Source: Chloroflexota bacterium (GTDB lineage: Bacteria; Chloroflexota; UBA11872). From it: DNA of 64,000 nucleotides. The DNA lies in the NCBI GenBank assembly GCA_965220135.1, contig OZ244802.1, positions 918,499-982,498 on the forward strand, in the 5' to 3' direction. Both the position numbers and the translations under genes were made by a program. Below the pieces are notes generated by a model that worked only from the letters and a program-made list of their open reading frames with translations, was not told the origin of the DNA and searched no databases. Positions 44,148-54,432 of the stretch are shown here, in pieces; the first letter of the stretch is position 1; every line of letters begins with the position of its first letter.

Positions 44148-45103
44148 GCGCCATACTCCGCGGTGTAGATGTCCTGCACGACCTGCAAGGCGCGCAGGCT
44201 CGGCAGAACGTCGCCGATGGTGGGATCGGGTGCTCGCTGCTCATCGAGCGCGTCGAAAAACTCGCGGTCCTGGGCGGTGATGACGTCGTGCGGCACGACT
44301 TCGGTCATGCCGGCGTCGAAGATCACCCCGTCCTTGCCCACCAGCGTGCCCGTCGCGTAGTTGGCCGATATCGTGTCCTCTTCGCCGATGAACAACGCGT
44401 CGTCGAGCGGCTGGTGGGTGTTGTAGGACAGCGAGATGCTGCCGACGACACCGCTAGACGTCTTCAGGGCTATCGAGATGTCCATCGGGATCTTGAGGTG
44501 GTGGTGCGGCGGGCCCAGCTTGGCGGAGACCTCCGCTTCAGTAACACCCAACACCCACATCCACGCGTCCATGGCATGCCCGCCGTGATGCCAGATCAGG
44601 TTGTCGGTCCAACTTCGCTCGTAGCCAACCCAGTTGACGTTGAGTCGACGAATGAAGCCGTAGCGCTGCACGGCGTGATGCACGGTCAGCGAGCCATCGG
44701 CCACCATGGCGCGCATCCGCAGCATGGCCGGCTGAAAGCGTCGCGTGTGGGCCGCCATTACCGGCGTGTCCGCGGCCCGAGCAGCCTCGTCAACGGCGAT
44801 GGCGTCGGCCAGCGATGTGGCCACCGGAATCTCCAGGAGTGTCGGCAGCTTGCGCTCAAGCGCCGCCTCGGCGTGTGCGCGGTGAAAGTCGCTGGGCGAC
44901 GTGATGATGACGGCGTCCACGGCCGGATCGTCCAGCCCGCGTTCCAGGTCGATGCCATGCCGTTCATAGCCCGCTTCGGCGGCAAACTCCGATACCTGCG
45001 ACTCACGGCGCCCGACCATGTGGTAGAGGGAGTGGCCCAACTCGCGAATGGCGCGGGAGTGAAATCCCGCGATGCTGCCGGACCCCACCATCAGTACGTT
45101 CAC
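44144..45103 (-). CDS. Gfo/Idh/MocA family oxidoreductase
   Basis: [18 protein letters not shown]...[30 protein letters not shown]. Overlaps the aminotransferase start by 4 nt. Confidence 0.8.
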   Translation of the reverse strand: MNVLMVGSGSIAGFHSRAIRELGHSLYHMVGRRESQVSEFAAEAGYERHGIDLERGLDDPAVDAVIITSPSDFHRAHAEAALERKLPTLLEIPVATSLADAIAVDEAARAADTPVMAAHTRRFQPAMLRMRAMVADGSLTVHHAVQRYGFIRRLNVNWVGYERSWTDNLIWHHGGHAMDAWMWVLGVTEAEVSAKLGPPHHHLKIPMDISIALKTSSGVVGSISLSYNTHQPLDDALFIGEEDTISANYATGTLVGKDGVIFDAGMTEVVPHDVITAQDREFFDALDEQRAPDPTIGDVLPSLRALQVVQDIYTAEYGA

Positions 45104-45150
45104 TACGGCGTCTTCCTTCAGAGCGACGGCAACTCAATCCATAGCCTAGG

Positions 45151-46368
45151 ATGAGCCGTTCGCAGCAGCGTCAGCCTACCGTGCCCCCTCGACTCTCCGT
45201 TTGGGCCTACCCCTGGGACCTCGCCGACGAAGGCGTCGACTCGGCCCTGGACTGGCTGGCGGCGCACGGGTTCGACGCGATCGAACTCTGCCCCAATTAC
45301 CACGCAATCTCGACCTTCTCGCCTCGGAATCGCCGTCGCTCGCAGTTCTATTCGGAGCAGGGCGCCGTGTACTTTCCCGCCCGGGCTGAGCGATACAGCC
45401 GGATCAAGCCCGCGCTCTTTGACGAACCTGAGGTCTTGGCGGTCTACGAGCAGACTTCCCGAGGCGCCGAGTGCCGAGGGATGCAGCTCAACGCCTGGGT
45501 CATTGGGATGTTCCAGCCGTGGCTTGCGCGTGCCTATCCGGATACGGCCGTCGAAAACGCGTTCGGGCACCGCAGCTTTTCGGCGACGTGCCCGGCCCAT
45601 CCGGACATCCAGACCTACCTGCCCGAAATGCTGGCCGACTTTTGCGACCAGTATTCGATTAGCGGCCTGACGCTGGAAAACGTGGGTCATCCGGACTTCA
45701 CCTACGGGTGGGTACGCCCGCGCATCCTGGTGCACATGGACGCGTGGACGCAGTTTCTGGCGGGACTGTGCTTCAACGAGCACTCCATGTCGGCGGCTCG
45801 CGCCCACGGCGTCGATCCCGAGGACGTTCGCTCGTCCGTGGCCGGTGAACTTCGCGAACGCCTCGAAGCCGTACCGGATCCGGATGCGGCTGACGAAGAC
45901 CTGCCTGCGCAAGTCGCGGAACGCTGCGAGGCCGACGAGGAGTTTCGCGGCTACCTGGAAGCGCGCGAGCAGGCGGCAATCGGACTGGTGAAAGCCATTC
46001 GTTACGAGTTACGGCGCAGCGGCGTGCGGGTGGGCGTCAGCGAGGCATCGCTCGGCTGGGCCAACCACGGACTGCGCCTCGCCGACCTGCTGGACACGAT
46101 CGGCGCGCTCATGATTTCGGATCCCATGAATAACGCCGAAGTCGCCGACGCGCAGGTGCGAACGGTGCGTGATAGCGGCGCCGACATCGAGATCACGGTC
46201 AATCAGACAGCTCATCATGAAGTCGATCCGCACGGCCCGGGCTTCACGGCACGGGCACGCCGACTACGCGAGATCGAGCCGGATCGCGTGATGGTGTACA
46301 ACTTCGGCCTCTTGGCCCCGGCCACGCTCGCGCACGCCGGCTCGGTTCTACGCGAACACCTGGGATAG
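45151..46368 (+). CDS. hypothetical protein (possible TIM-barrel glycoside-hydrolase-like)
   Basis: 405-aa ORF with coding-like codon usage. No motif recognised with confidence. Confidence 0.5.
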   Translation: MSRSQQRQPTVPPRLSVWAYPWDLADEGVDSALDWLAAHGFDAIELCPNYHAISTFSPRNRRRSQFYSEQGAVYFPARAERYSRIKPALFDEPEVLAVYEQTSRGAECRGMQLNAWVIGMFQPWLARAYPDTAVENAFGHRSFSATCPAHPDIQTYLPEMLADFCDQYSISGLTLENVGHPDFTYGWVRPRILVHMDAWTQFLAGLCFNEHSMSAARAHGVDPEDVRSSVAGELRERLEAVPDPDAADEDLPAQVAERCEADEEFRGYLEAREQAAIGLVKAIRYELRRSGVRVGVSEASLGWANHGLRLADLLDTIGALMISDPMNNAEVADAQVRTVRDSGADIEITVNQTAHHEVDPHGPGFTARARRLREIEPDRVMVYNFGLLAPATLAHAGSVLREHLG

Positions 46369-46401
46369 CCGACCGCCGCCAGACCCCCGAAAGGAAACGC
46401 G

Positions 46402-46761
46402 ATGCCGCAGTACGTTTCAATTCGCTTCTACAAGCTACGCGACGACGCCGATCCGGCAGCTTTCGAAGAGGCGTTTCGAGAAGCGCCGCCAACCTGGGGC
46501 ATTGAGCGAATCCTGCTGCTGCGCGGGTTCAAGGCCGACACCCACGCGCTGGCGCCAAGCGAATACGACTACGGCAGCATTCACATCTATTCGGATCTTG
46601 ACGATGCGGTGAAGACTGTGGGTTTGGCGGGCGACATGGCGGCGCAGGAAGACATCCCCGACGCCCTGCGTCCGTTCATCCGGTTCTGGCAAACCGCGCA
46701 CGCCGGCCCGATCGACGAAGGCGTAGTCAACGGCTTCACGCTGATTTCAGAATCGCCCTAG
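46402..46761 (+). CDS. hypothetical small protein
   Basis: 119 aa. GAAAGGAAACGCG-ATG RBS and coding-like composition. Confidence 0.45.
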   Translation: MPQYVSIRFYKLRDDADPAAFEEAFREAPPTWGIERILLLRGFKADTHALAPSEYDYGSIHIYSDLDDAVKTVGLAGDMAAQEDIPDALRPFIRFWQTAHAGPIDEGVVNGFTLISESP

Positions 46762-46783
46762 ACGCCTCAGCACCCGATAGCAG

Positions 46784-47551
46784 CTAGAGTCCCAGCGCCT
46801 GCAGTACCGGTCCGAGCGCCGCCTGAAACTCCGTGGCGTCGACACCCCGGGCGTTGTCCGGCGGTGCGACCGGGGTGCTGGCCGTCCAGTCGATCTCAAT
46901 CTCGCCGGCCGCCCGCATGCCGGGTCGCGCCAGTCGAATATGCACAGGGCGGTACGACTGCGAGTCGACAAAAAGGCTGGCGAATTCGTAGCCGGGATTC
47001 GTAAGCACAACGCAGGTTCCGGTCGAGGGGCACGGTTCAGCGCCTTGCTCGGCCCAACCCTCAGCGCGAACCGTTCCGACGACGTCCCCGACCACTGGAA
47101 AGGCTGCAGCCAGGGACTCGACGCTGGATATTTCGGTGTCGGCGGCGCTGCGGTCAACGGAGATCCACTCGCTATCGGCGTCTGCCGGTCCCTCTCGGAA
47201 GTAGGCCGTTCCGCCGACTTCGATCAATTCGAAAGCCACCTGCCCGGATTCGCGAATAATCGAGACGGCCAGGCGGATTGTCGTGTCTGCCGGACGTCGA
47301 TCAACTTCGACCCGCACGTCGCCGTCACCGTCATTCGTCGGCGATGTCAGGCGAGCCGATACGGACACTTCATCGCCAGCGATCGTCGCGTCGAACGCCG
47401 AGCGGTCGAACGCGGCGGCCATGAGCTCAGCAGAGTCCTCAGTCGTCGCCGCGCTCTCGCCGCACCCGGCCAGCAGCCCAGCGGCCACCGTCACCGAAAT
47501 AATCATCAGGTTCAGGCTGAGAAACCACAGTCGCCGGGGATTCGGTGCCAC
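46784..47551 (-). CDS. hypothetical lipoprotein
   Basis: Signal peptide with lipobox LLAGCG. Acidic, secreted-type composition. Confidence 0.5.
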   Translation of the reverse strand: MAPNPRRLWFLSLNLMIISVTVAAGLLAGCGESAATTEDSAELMAAAFDRSAFDATIAGDEVSVSARLTSPTNDGDGDVRVEVDRRPADTTIRLAVSIIRESGQVAFELIEVGGTAYFREGPADADSEWISVDRSAADTEISSVESLAAAFPVVGDVVGTVRAEGWAEQGAEPCPSTGTCVVLTNPGYEFASLFVDSQSYRPVHIRLARPGMRAAGEIEIDWTASTPVAPPDNARGVDATEFQAALGPVLQALGL

Positions 47552-47553
47552 CG

Positions 47554-48696
47554 CTAGATGAACGCGAGCATGCCGTCCGCCTTGGTGGGACGGCCTCGGC
47601 GCCAGGGCCGGTAGGGGTATTTCTCAAGGATCCCATCGCTCAGTTCCACGCCCAGTCCGGGTCGGTCCGGGATGGACACGTACCCATCCGCCAGCTGGAT
47701 CGGCTCGTCTAGCACCTCGGCCCGAACTCCCGAGTCGTCGGCGTGGTACTCGAGGATCAGGAAGTTGGGCGCCGTCGCCGCAAAGTGGACGTTCACGGCC
47801 GTGGCCAGCGGTCCGAGCGGATTGTGCGGCGCGACGCTTACGTAATGCGCTTCGGCCATGGCCGCGATTTTATTCATTTCGGTCAGGCCGCCGGTCACGC
47901 AGACGTCTGGCTGAATGATGTCGGCGGCGCCGGTGGCGAGCAGCCGCTGGAACTCGAATTTCGTGTAGAGACACTCTCCGGTGGCGATGGGAATCGGCGA
48001 TTTGCGAGCCAGCTTGGCCAGCGGTTCAAACTGCTCGGGCCTCACCGGCTCTTCAAAGAAAAAGGGCCGATACGGGCTGATGCGCTCAGCCATTTCCAGG
48101 GCACGCGCAGGTTCGAGGATCTTTGCGTGCGGGTCGACGCCGATATCAATGGCGTCACCCACCGCCGCGCGCACAGCGGCCATTCGCCGCTCGGCTGTAT
48201 CCAGCTGAACGCCCCAGGGATCAGCATCGCCGTTTGGTGCGGAGGGACCGATCTTCAGCGCCGTATAGCCGTAAGTCTCGATGAGCCGTTTGCCGTGTTC
48301 GCCCATGGCCTCGGGTGTAGCACCGTGCGCCGACTGGTACACACGCACTCGGTCACGCACTTTGCCACCCAGCAACTGGTACACCGGGGTTTCAAGGGCC
48401 TTGCCCTTGATGTCCCAGAGCGCCTGGTCAATCCCGCTGATCGCCGCCGTGATGATCGAACCGGTCGGAAAACGGCTGCCGGCATACAGCTCGTGCCAGA
48501 TTCGTTCGCCGTCGAATGGGTCAAATCCAAGCACCCAGTCTTCAAAGTAACGGACGGTCTCGGCGACCGCCTTGTCAGGGCCGACCGGATAAGCCTCACC
48601 GATTCCCGTGATGCCGGCATCCGTCATCACGCGCACGATCGGCCAGTTTCGTGAGCCGTCGTTAATGAAGTCGCAGGCCAGACCTGTGATTTTCAA
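47554..48696 (-). CDS. mandelate racemase/muconate lactonizing enzyme family protein (enolase superfamily, probable acid-sugar dehydratase)
   Basis: MKITGL...IVRVMTDAGITGIGEA...ALWDIKGKALETPVYQLLGG...IQPDVCVTGGLTE are enolase-superfamily capping and barrel motifs. Confidence 0.8.
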   Translation of the reverse strand: MKITGLACDFINDGSRNWPIVRVMTDAGITGIGEAYPVGPDKAVAETVRYFEDWVLGFDPFDGERIWHELYAGSRFPTGSIITAAISGIDQALWDIKGKALETPVYQLLGGKVRDRVRVYQSAHGATPEAMGEHGKRLIETYGYTALKIGPSAPNGDADPWGVQLDTAERRMAAVRAAVGDAIDIGVDPHAKILEPARALEMAERISPYRPFFFEEPVRPEQFEPLAKLARKSPIPIATGECLYTKFEFQRLLATGAADIIQPDVCVTGGLTEMNKIAAMAEAHYVSVAPHNPLGPLATAVNVHFAATAPNFLILEYHADDSGVRAEVLDEPIQLADGYVSIPDRPGLGVELSDGILEKYPYRPWRRGRPTKADGMLAFI

Positions 48697-48756
48697 CGTC
48701 TCGATCTCCCTACCACGCCGAGAATGAGCCTAGCGCGGCCAAGTGTCTTTGCGCCG

Positions 48757-49506
48757 CTAGAGCACAACGAACAAGAGCACGAAGTACGCGCCGACGAGAA
48801 GTACCGGCGGCATCAGTCCAAGCACGAAGACGCTGAGCAATCCTCGACGAGCGGGCGGCACAAGTGTGTGTAGGGCGGCGAAGCTGGTCAGGTGAGCAAG
48901 TACAAGCAGACCAGTGCTGACCGCAATGGAACCCGGATTGCTCACCCACCATGCAGGCAGGCGCGTGGCTAGGGACTGGCGGCGTAGCAGCTGATAGACC
49001 AGATCCTGTCCCTCAGGCGCCGGATCACCTTGCATGTAGAGCTGTCCCTCAGGATTCGTGTCACCGCCGACCGCCGCAAGAAAAACCGGCCAGCGAGTTC
49101 CGCGCGGAATGTCGAATTCGACGAAATATGTCTTTTCGGCCGACAGCGTCTCTGAGAATCGGAATAGCACCATCTCAAACCTGCGATGGGTCGACACGAC
49201 TGTAGTGCTCGCGGATTCGGCGACGGTCGAACCGCGCGGGCCTTCAAGTCGTAGGCGGGTGCCCAATACCGCAGCACTGTCCAGAGGGCCTCCAACGCGC
49301 ACCGGCGCCGCCAGCGTGTCAAACGGCTCCGCAGCCGTGAACACCTGGCCTGGCTGCACGTCGGCTGAGACGGGTCCCAGGGGAAAGACTGCGGTTTCCT
49401 TCTGATAGGTGGTCGAAGGCCAATCGACCGGGACGAGCATCACTGCGCACCAAATCCCCGCAACCACAATGGCCACGAGGGTGTTGCCGATGTGGCGTCT
49501 AGCCAT
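48757..49506 (-). CDS. hypothetical membrane protein
   Basis: N- and C-terminal TM helices. Overlaps the upstream gene by 8 nt (operon). Confidence 0.5.
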   Translation of the reverse strand: MARRHIGNTLVAIVVAGIWCAVMLVPVDWPSTTYQKETAVFPLGPVSADVQPGQVFTAAEPFDTLAAPVRVGGPLDSAAVLGTRLRLEGPRGSTVAESASTTVVSTHRRFEMVLFRFSETLSAEKTYFVEFDIPRGTRWPVFLAAVGGDTNPEGQLYMQGDPAPEGQDLVYQLLRRQSLATRLPAWWVSNPGSIAVSTGLLVLAHLTSFAALHTLVPPARRGLLSVFVLGLMPPVLLVGAYFVLLFVVL

Positions 49507-51499
49507 CGTCGTCGCCCACCACGCGATAGATCACCCGGGCACCGCCCGGACTGGTAAACACCGGCGCAAGCCGGTCGTGCGCCACTGCCCGGTCAAGCAC
49601 GGTCTGCTGTGCGGGACTCAGGTGGTTCTGCGCGGTATAGACGAGATCGATTCCTAATGTGCTGAGATCTTCGGGGGCGAGTTCGTCCTGAGCCCGTGCA
49701 TAGACATCGGCATACCGCTCGCGCGAGCCCCTGTTGTCGAAACCCATCGGAACCTGCAGCCGGCCAAACGTCACGGCGTACTTGTGCATGCCGTCAGCCA
49801 TGCTGCTGCTTAGTTCGATGAAGGTTCGCGGTCCGGGGAGCAGGAGAGCGCGTTGAGGATAGTCAAGCTCGGCCGCGAAACGTGCTGCCGCGAGCTCCTC
49901 CGCAAGCACCGGGCTCTCGGGCGTTCGCACTACACCGGGCAGCAAGGAAAGACTTACCAGCCAGGTGCCGGCAGCCAGTGCGACCAGACCACACGCCACG
50001 AGACGCGCGAGCCAAGTCCCGGTACGCCGCCAATGCCACAGGGCAGTGATCAAGATCGCTAGCGCCGGCGCCGAGAGCAGCAGGCCGACCTGGGTGAAGC
50101 GCCAGGTATTCCACGGGTTAAGTTCGTCATTCAGAACGCCCGGTATGAGCAGCGCGAATAGCCCGATGGCCGCAGGAGCCGCGAGGCCGATGCGGCGCTT
50201 AAGCGCAGCCACAACCACTGATCCGGCGATGGCTATCAGCGACCACCCGAACCCTTTCCAGGTCACCGGATCCAACACGCCCGCGCGCGTCACGGGAACC
50301 GTGGACATAAAGAGCGAGGGTTCAGAAAACAGCCCGTGCGTCGGAACTGTGAAGAGGTCCCTGGTGTCTAGGCGGAGAAATCCAGCTCGGTCGGGGCCGC
50401 GAGCGAATTCAGCCAGCGGGCCTTCGGGCACAAGCGCCATCAAGGATGCGGTGAGAACCAGACCAACGAGCGCCAGTGCCTCTTTTCGTCGCTCCGACAG
50501 CACGAGCACGGGCACAGGCAGGAGCAGACCCACCGCGATCACCGGAAACACGTGCTCGGCCGTAACGCCTATTCCGGCAAACGCAAGACTGCCAACCAAC
50601 AAGCTGGGCGGAAGACGGGTATGCCCGCCGGACATGGCAACCGCCAAAGCACCAACTCCCGCCGCGGCCGCCAATCCCACGACGAGGGTGTAGCTGAACG
50701 GGATTAGCTGCTGAAAGGACTCGCTGAGCACATAGCCCTCTTGTAGACGGGCCGGCCCGATGTCGACGAGCTTCTGGGCACTCGAAGCCGTCAGTTCGCC
50801 GAAGGGTGCGTTCGGAAGCGCGAGAAAATTCTGCGGACCAGCGACCGCGACGAGGAGTCCAGCCAACAGGCCGGTGGACTTGTCCGTGAGCAGCGTCACA
50901 GCTGCCGCAACGCCCCACAGGCACGCCAGTACGCTGACCAAAGTCACCGAGAGACTGGCCGCGAACACGTCGGCGCCACCGAGCCGTGCGACTGCCGCCG
51001 TCCAGAGTGGCCCACCAAATCGGTAGAAGAAGATTGTGTCCGGTTCCCATGGATGCGCCGGCGGCCAGTTGCCCGCCAGGAAGTGAGCGGCCAGTCCAAG
51101 TCGGATCAGCAGGTTCTCGTGCGTATTGGCGTGCCAGATGCTGGAAACAAACTCGACGCCACTAATGAACAGAACGAGCAGCAGCAACGAGCCGACTAGC
51201 CATAGCCACTTGCCGAGGTCTACGCGTAGCGGATCGCGCCGCCATTGCCAGGCAAGCCGCGCGGCCAAGACAGCGCAAGCGGCGTTGACTGCGGCCCCAG
51301 CGACTAGCAGGGGGACAACCTGCACGAGCGCGGCGATCCCAAACGTCACCAGGCCAATGCCCACCCCAAGGCCCACACCGCCCACGACCAAGAGCCGACG
51401 CTCATGTGGAAGCAACCAGCGAGCAATCTGCAGACCTGCCGCGCACGGAAGCAGCGCAATCAGCAGTGTCGAGAGGTACTCGTAGGGTTCAGCGATCAA
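49499..51499 (-). CDS. large polytopic integral membrane protein (possible GT-C-type glycosyltransferase), hypothetical
   Basis: 666 aa, more than 12 predicted TM helices, with a C-terminal soluble domain. Confidence 0.55.
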   Translation of the reverse strand: MIAEPYEYLSTLLIALLPCAAGLQIARWLLPHERRLLVVGGVGLGVGIGLVTFGIAALVQVVPLLVAGAAVNAACAVLAARLAWQWRRDPLRVDLGKWLWLVGSLLLLVLFISGVEFVSSIWHANTHENLLIRLGLAAHFLAGNWPPAHPWEPDTIFFYRFGGPLWTAAVARLGGADVFAASLSVTLVSVLACLWGVAAAVTLLTDKSTGLLAGLLVAVAGPQNFLALPNAPFGELTASSAQKLVDIGPARLQEGYVLSESFQQLIPFSYTLVVGLAAAAGVGALAVAMSGGHTRLPPSLLVGSLAFAGIGVTAEHVFPVIAVGLLLPVPVLVLSERRKEALALVGLVLTASLMALVPEGPLAEFARGPDRAGFLRLDTRDLFTVPTHGLFSEPSLFMSTVPVTRAGVLDPVTWKGFGWSLIAIAGSVVVAALKRRIGLAAPAAIGLFALLIPGVLNDELNPWNTWRFTQVGLLLSAPALAILITALWHWRRTGTWLARLVACGLVALAAGTWLVSLSLLPGVVRTPESPVLAEELAAARFAAELDYPQRALLLPGPRTFIELSSSMADGMHKYAVTFGRLQVPMGFDNRGSRERYADVYARAQDELAPEDLSTLGIDLVYTAQNHLSPAQQTVLDRAVAHDRLAPVFTSPGGARVIYRVVGDDDG

Positions 51500-51583
51500 G
51501 ACTGGGTCGCGCAGACATGAACCGAGCCAGCCTAACCCGAGGCCGCGATCTGTCGGTCCCGGCTATGCTCACCCTCCACGGCT

Positions 51584-52453
51584 ATGCCGGAGTCCGACAT
51601 GATTGATTTCTCGCGATCCTTCCTGACCTGGACGCACCATCCTCATGAGCCCGACCCGATTTACAAATACACCGGCGGATTGCTGGCCGATCGTGGTGAC
51701 GTGATCTGCGTACGTCTGAAGGCGGACGCGCGACTGACGATCACTCCCGACACCGGCGAGCCCTTTACCTGCTACGTCATCGCTCCCTGCCGGGCCGAAT
51801 ACACGATCGTCAGCGATAACCTGTTCCAGATTCCGAGCGGCGAGTACCGGGCCGTGTTCTCCGAGACGCTCGGCATTCCCATCGGAAGGCAACCCTCCGA
51901 CGAAAACGAGAACCTCAGTCGCCAGTTGCTGGCTGAGAACTACGCCAGGTTCGATGTCGACATTCGGCACTTTGCGCACGCCGAGCCGTTGGCATCAGTT
52001 CTCGAGGTAATCGAGGCCACTCGGGCCGGTGCGCTGATGAACGCATCCTGTACCTACCGCGACGAGGCCCGGCAACTGGCCGTGACCATCGAGTTCCCAG
52101 TCGAGTTGATCAACTTCGACGAAGAGAACGGGAAGTTTCAGGTCTGTACCGAGCCCGTGATCCTGCCTGACCTGGCCACCTGGGACGGTCACGGACTTGA
52201 TCGCGTCTTTCTGGCTGGCGTGGCTTTCAGCGATTTCGAGCACGTGGAGTTCATTCTGCAGCGCGCAATCGAGCCGGCGGCCAGCGAACTGTCCTGGTTC
52301 CACGAAGTTCGCGGGCGCGACCGCAACGAAGTTCGTGCAGGAGCCGTCGAGCCACCCGGTGTAACCCGTGGGCGGCCGAAACCGCTGGTGTTCAACGAGG
52401 TCTGGATGCGCGACGCCGAAATCACGATCGCGCGCGTGTCTGGCGAGGGATAG
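51584..52453 (+). CDS. hypothetical protein
   Basis: 289-aa ORF divergent from the membrane-protein operon. No recognised domain. Confidence 0.5.
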   Translation: MPESDMIDFSRSFLTWTHHPHEPDPIYKYTGGLLADRGDVICVRLKADARLTITPDTGEPFTCYVIAPCRAEYTIVSDNLFQIPSGEYRAVFSETLGIPIGRQPSDENENLSRQLLAENYARFDVDIRHFAHAEPLASVLEVIEATRAGALMNASCTYRDEARQLAVTIEFPVELINFDEENGKFQVCTEPVILPDLATWDGHGLDRVFLAGVAFSDFEHVEFILQRAIEPAASELSWFHEVRGRDRNEVRAGAVEPPGVTRGRPKPLVFNEVWMRDAEITIARVSGEG

Positions 52454-52518
52454 CCAGGCGGGGCACACTGCCGCCAGCACTTCGCCGCGATTCGCGGCGC
52501 ACCCGTCGGGAGCCTGCT

Positions 52519-53607
52519 GTGAGCGATTCGCTGCGCGTCGCGCTGATCATTGAACCCACCGGCAATCACCTGGGGTCCCTGTACGCCGCGGCTCAGAATC
52601 CCGAAGTTGGGGAAGTCGCGGTGCTTGACGCCACCGGTGAAATGTTCGACGCCGCCAAAGAGGCCGTGGGCGACCGGGTAACAGCCACCTATACCGACCC
52701 TGACGCCCTGTTCAGCGACTTCAACCCAGCCGCCACCCTGGTGACGCTGGAAGCGTGGCGGATGCCGGCCATGATCGAGGCGTCGCTGGATGCAGGTTGC
52801 CACGTCTGGCACGAGAAGCCGGGATTCGCCGATCTGGACGACTACCGTCGCATCTACGGCAAGGCTCAGGCCGCGGGCCTGAACTTCTCAATTGCGTACG
52901 TAAGCCGCCAGCGGGCCATCGTGCAAGAGGCTCGACGCATCGTGGCCGAGGGTCTGCTGGGCGACCTGTTCGCCTGTCAGGCGTGGTTCATTGCCGATCA
53001 TGATCGAACGCACCAGTGGGCCACGCTGCAGGGCGGCTGGATTTTCGATAAGGCGCGATCGGGCGGCGGGTACCTGACGTTCCTCGGCTGCCACTATCTC
53101 GACCTGATGCGGTTCGTCACTGGAGACGACTTTGCCTCGGTCAGCGCAGTGACCGGCGTTGTGGGCGGCGAGCCGCTGCCGGTTGAGGACGCGGCCTCTG
53201 TGACAGTCGGATTCAAGAGCGGGATGGTCGGCAACTTGAGCGCCGGGTACTACGTATCGCGGCCTGAGTACGGTTCCGGTCGGCATTCCGGATTCATCCT
53301 CTGGGGTCACGACGGATGGCTTCGGTTCAATCCCGGCGGAACGCGCCGCGGCGAACCGCTGGAATGGATGTCGCATCAGGGCGCTCACGCCGGATCGCCG
53401 CACAAGTCCTGGTCATTCAGTGACGAGGACGCCAGAAACGACGAGTACAACCTGATGACCAGCGCGTTCTTCCAGTCGTGCCTGTCCGGCAGTCCGCCCC
53501 CGCTGGAAAACGAAGCCGGGATGTGGGTGAACGAAGCCGTGCAGGCGGCCTATCGCTCCTCGGATACGGGCATGCGGCAGGCCGTTTCGATTCCCGAGAC
53601 GCCGTAG
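52519..53607 (+). CDS. Gfo/Idh/MocA family oxidoreductase
   Basis: LRVALIIEPTGNHLGSLYAAAQ...MIEASLDAGCHVWHEKP has the EKP motif. GTG start. Confidence 0.75.
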   Translation: MSDSLRVALIIEPTGNHLGSLYAAAQNPEVGEVAVLDATGEMFDAAKEAVGDRVTATYTDPDALFSDFNPAATLVTLEAWRMPAMIEASLDAGCHVWHEKPGFADLDDYRRIYGKAQAAGLNFSIAYVSRQRAIVQEARRIVAEGLLGDLFACQAWFIADHDRTHQWATLQGGWIFDKARSGGGYLTFLGCHYLDLMRFVTGDDFASVSAVTGVVGGEPLPVEDAASVTVGFKSGMVGNLSAGYYVSRPEYGSGRHSGFILWGHDGWLRFNPGGTRRGEPLEWMSHQGAHAGSPHKSWSFSDEDARNDEYNLMTSAFFQSCLSGSPPPLENEAGMWVNEAVQAAYRSSDTGMRQAVSIPETP

Positions 53608-53612
53608 ACCGG

Positions 53613-54404
53613 CTAGACGCAGCCGTCGAACGAGCGGCCGCGAATCTGTAGCGGGGGCGGAACCCTGGGCGCCTCCAGAGCAGCGGTGCGGCGGGATTCG
53701 GCTCGCATATAGTGGACGGCGTAGCCCCGGCGGCGGGCGGTGCTGGTGTTGGCGCGGCTGGCGTGCCAGGTGAGGCTGTGGTGGAAGCTGACGCTGCCTG
53801 AGCGCAGCGGCCCGGGGTCCGGCATGAACGCGGGGTCGCTGCCAATGAGTGAGCGGTGCTCGTCCATTTGTTCGTTGCTCAGGAGGCCCCAGCGGTGGCT
53901 GCCTGAGACGAATTCGAGGCAGCCGTTCTCCAGGGTGGAATCGTCGATGGCGGCCCAGGCGGTTACTAGGTCCATGGGGTAGATGTCGATGAACGACTTG
54001 GAGTCCTGGTGCCAGGGTTGGGCGGCTCCGATGGCCGGGGGCTTCATGAAAAGCTGGTCGGCGTAGAGCTTGATGTCATCGGAGTCGAGCAGGTCGGCGA
54101 TGACGTCGACGATCGCTGGATGACGGGCATGGTCTTGGAGCACGTTGTCCTCGCCGGCCAGCCAGTAGAGCTTTCGGACCTCCAGTTCGCGGGCGGCGGC
54201 CGTGGCCTCGCCTTCGCGAATGACCTTTTCGGCCTGCACTCGCTCCGGGGCGGCGTCCGTCTCGCCACGGGCGATCTGGTCGGCGCGTTGGCCGAGCCGC
54301 GAAACGTCGTCCGGTGACAGCAGGTCTTCGACAACCAGCCAGCCGTTCCGCCAAAAGCTCTCCACTTCTTCGGTGCTGAGTGTGCGGTGCGGAGAACTCA
54401 TCAA
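53613..54404 (-). CDS. phytanoyl-CoA dioxygenase (PhyH) family protein
   Basis: WRNGWLVVEDLL...AQPWHQDS (HxD)...SGSHRWG...VSFHHSLTWHAS. Confidence 0.8.
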   Translation of the reverse strand: MMSSPHRTLSTEEVESFWRNGWLVVEDLLSPDDVSRLGQRADQIARGETDAAPERVQAEKVIREGEATAAARELEVRKLYWLAGEDNVLQDHARHPAIVDVIADLLDSDDIKLYADQLFMKPPAIGAAQPWHQDSKSFIDIYPMDLVTAWAAIDDSTLENGCLEFVSGSHRWGLLSNEQMDEHRSLIGSDPAFMPDPGPLRSGSVSFHHSLTWHASRANTSTARRRGYAVHYMRAESRRTAALEAPRVPPPLQIRGRSFDGCV

Positions 54405-54432
54405 TGCCCCCTCGTTTAGAGCGCCTCGCCAG

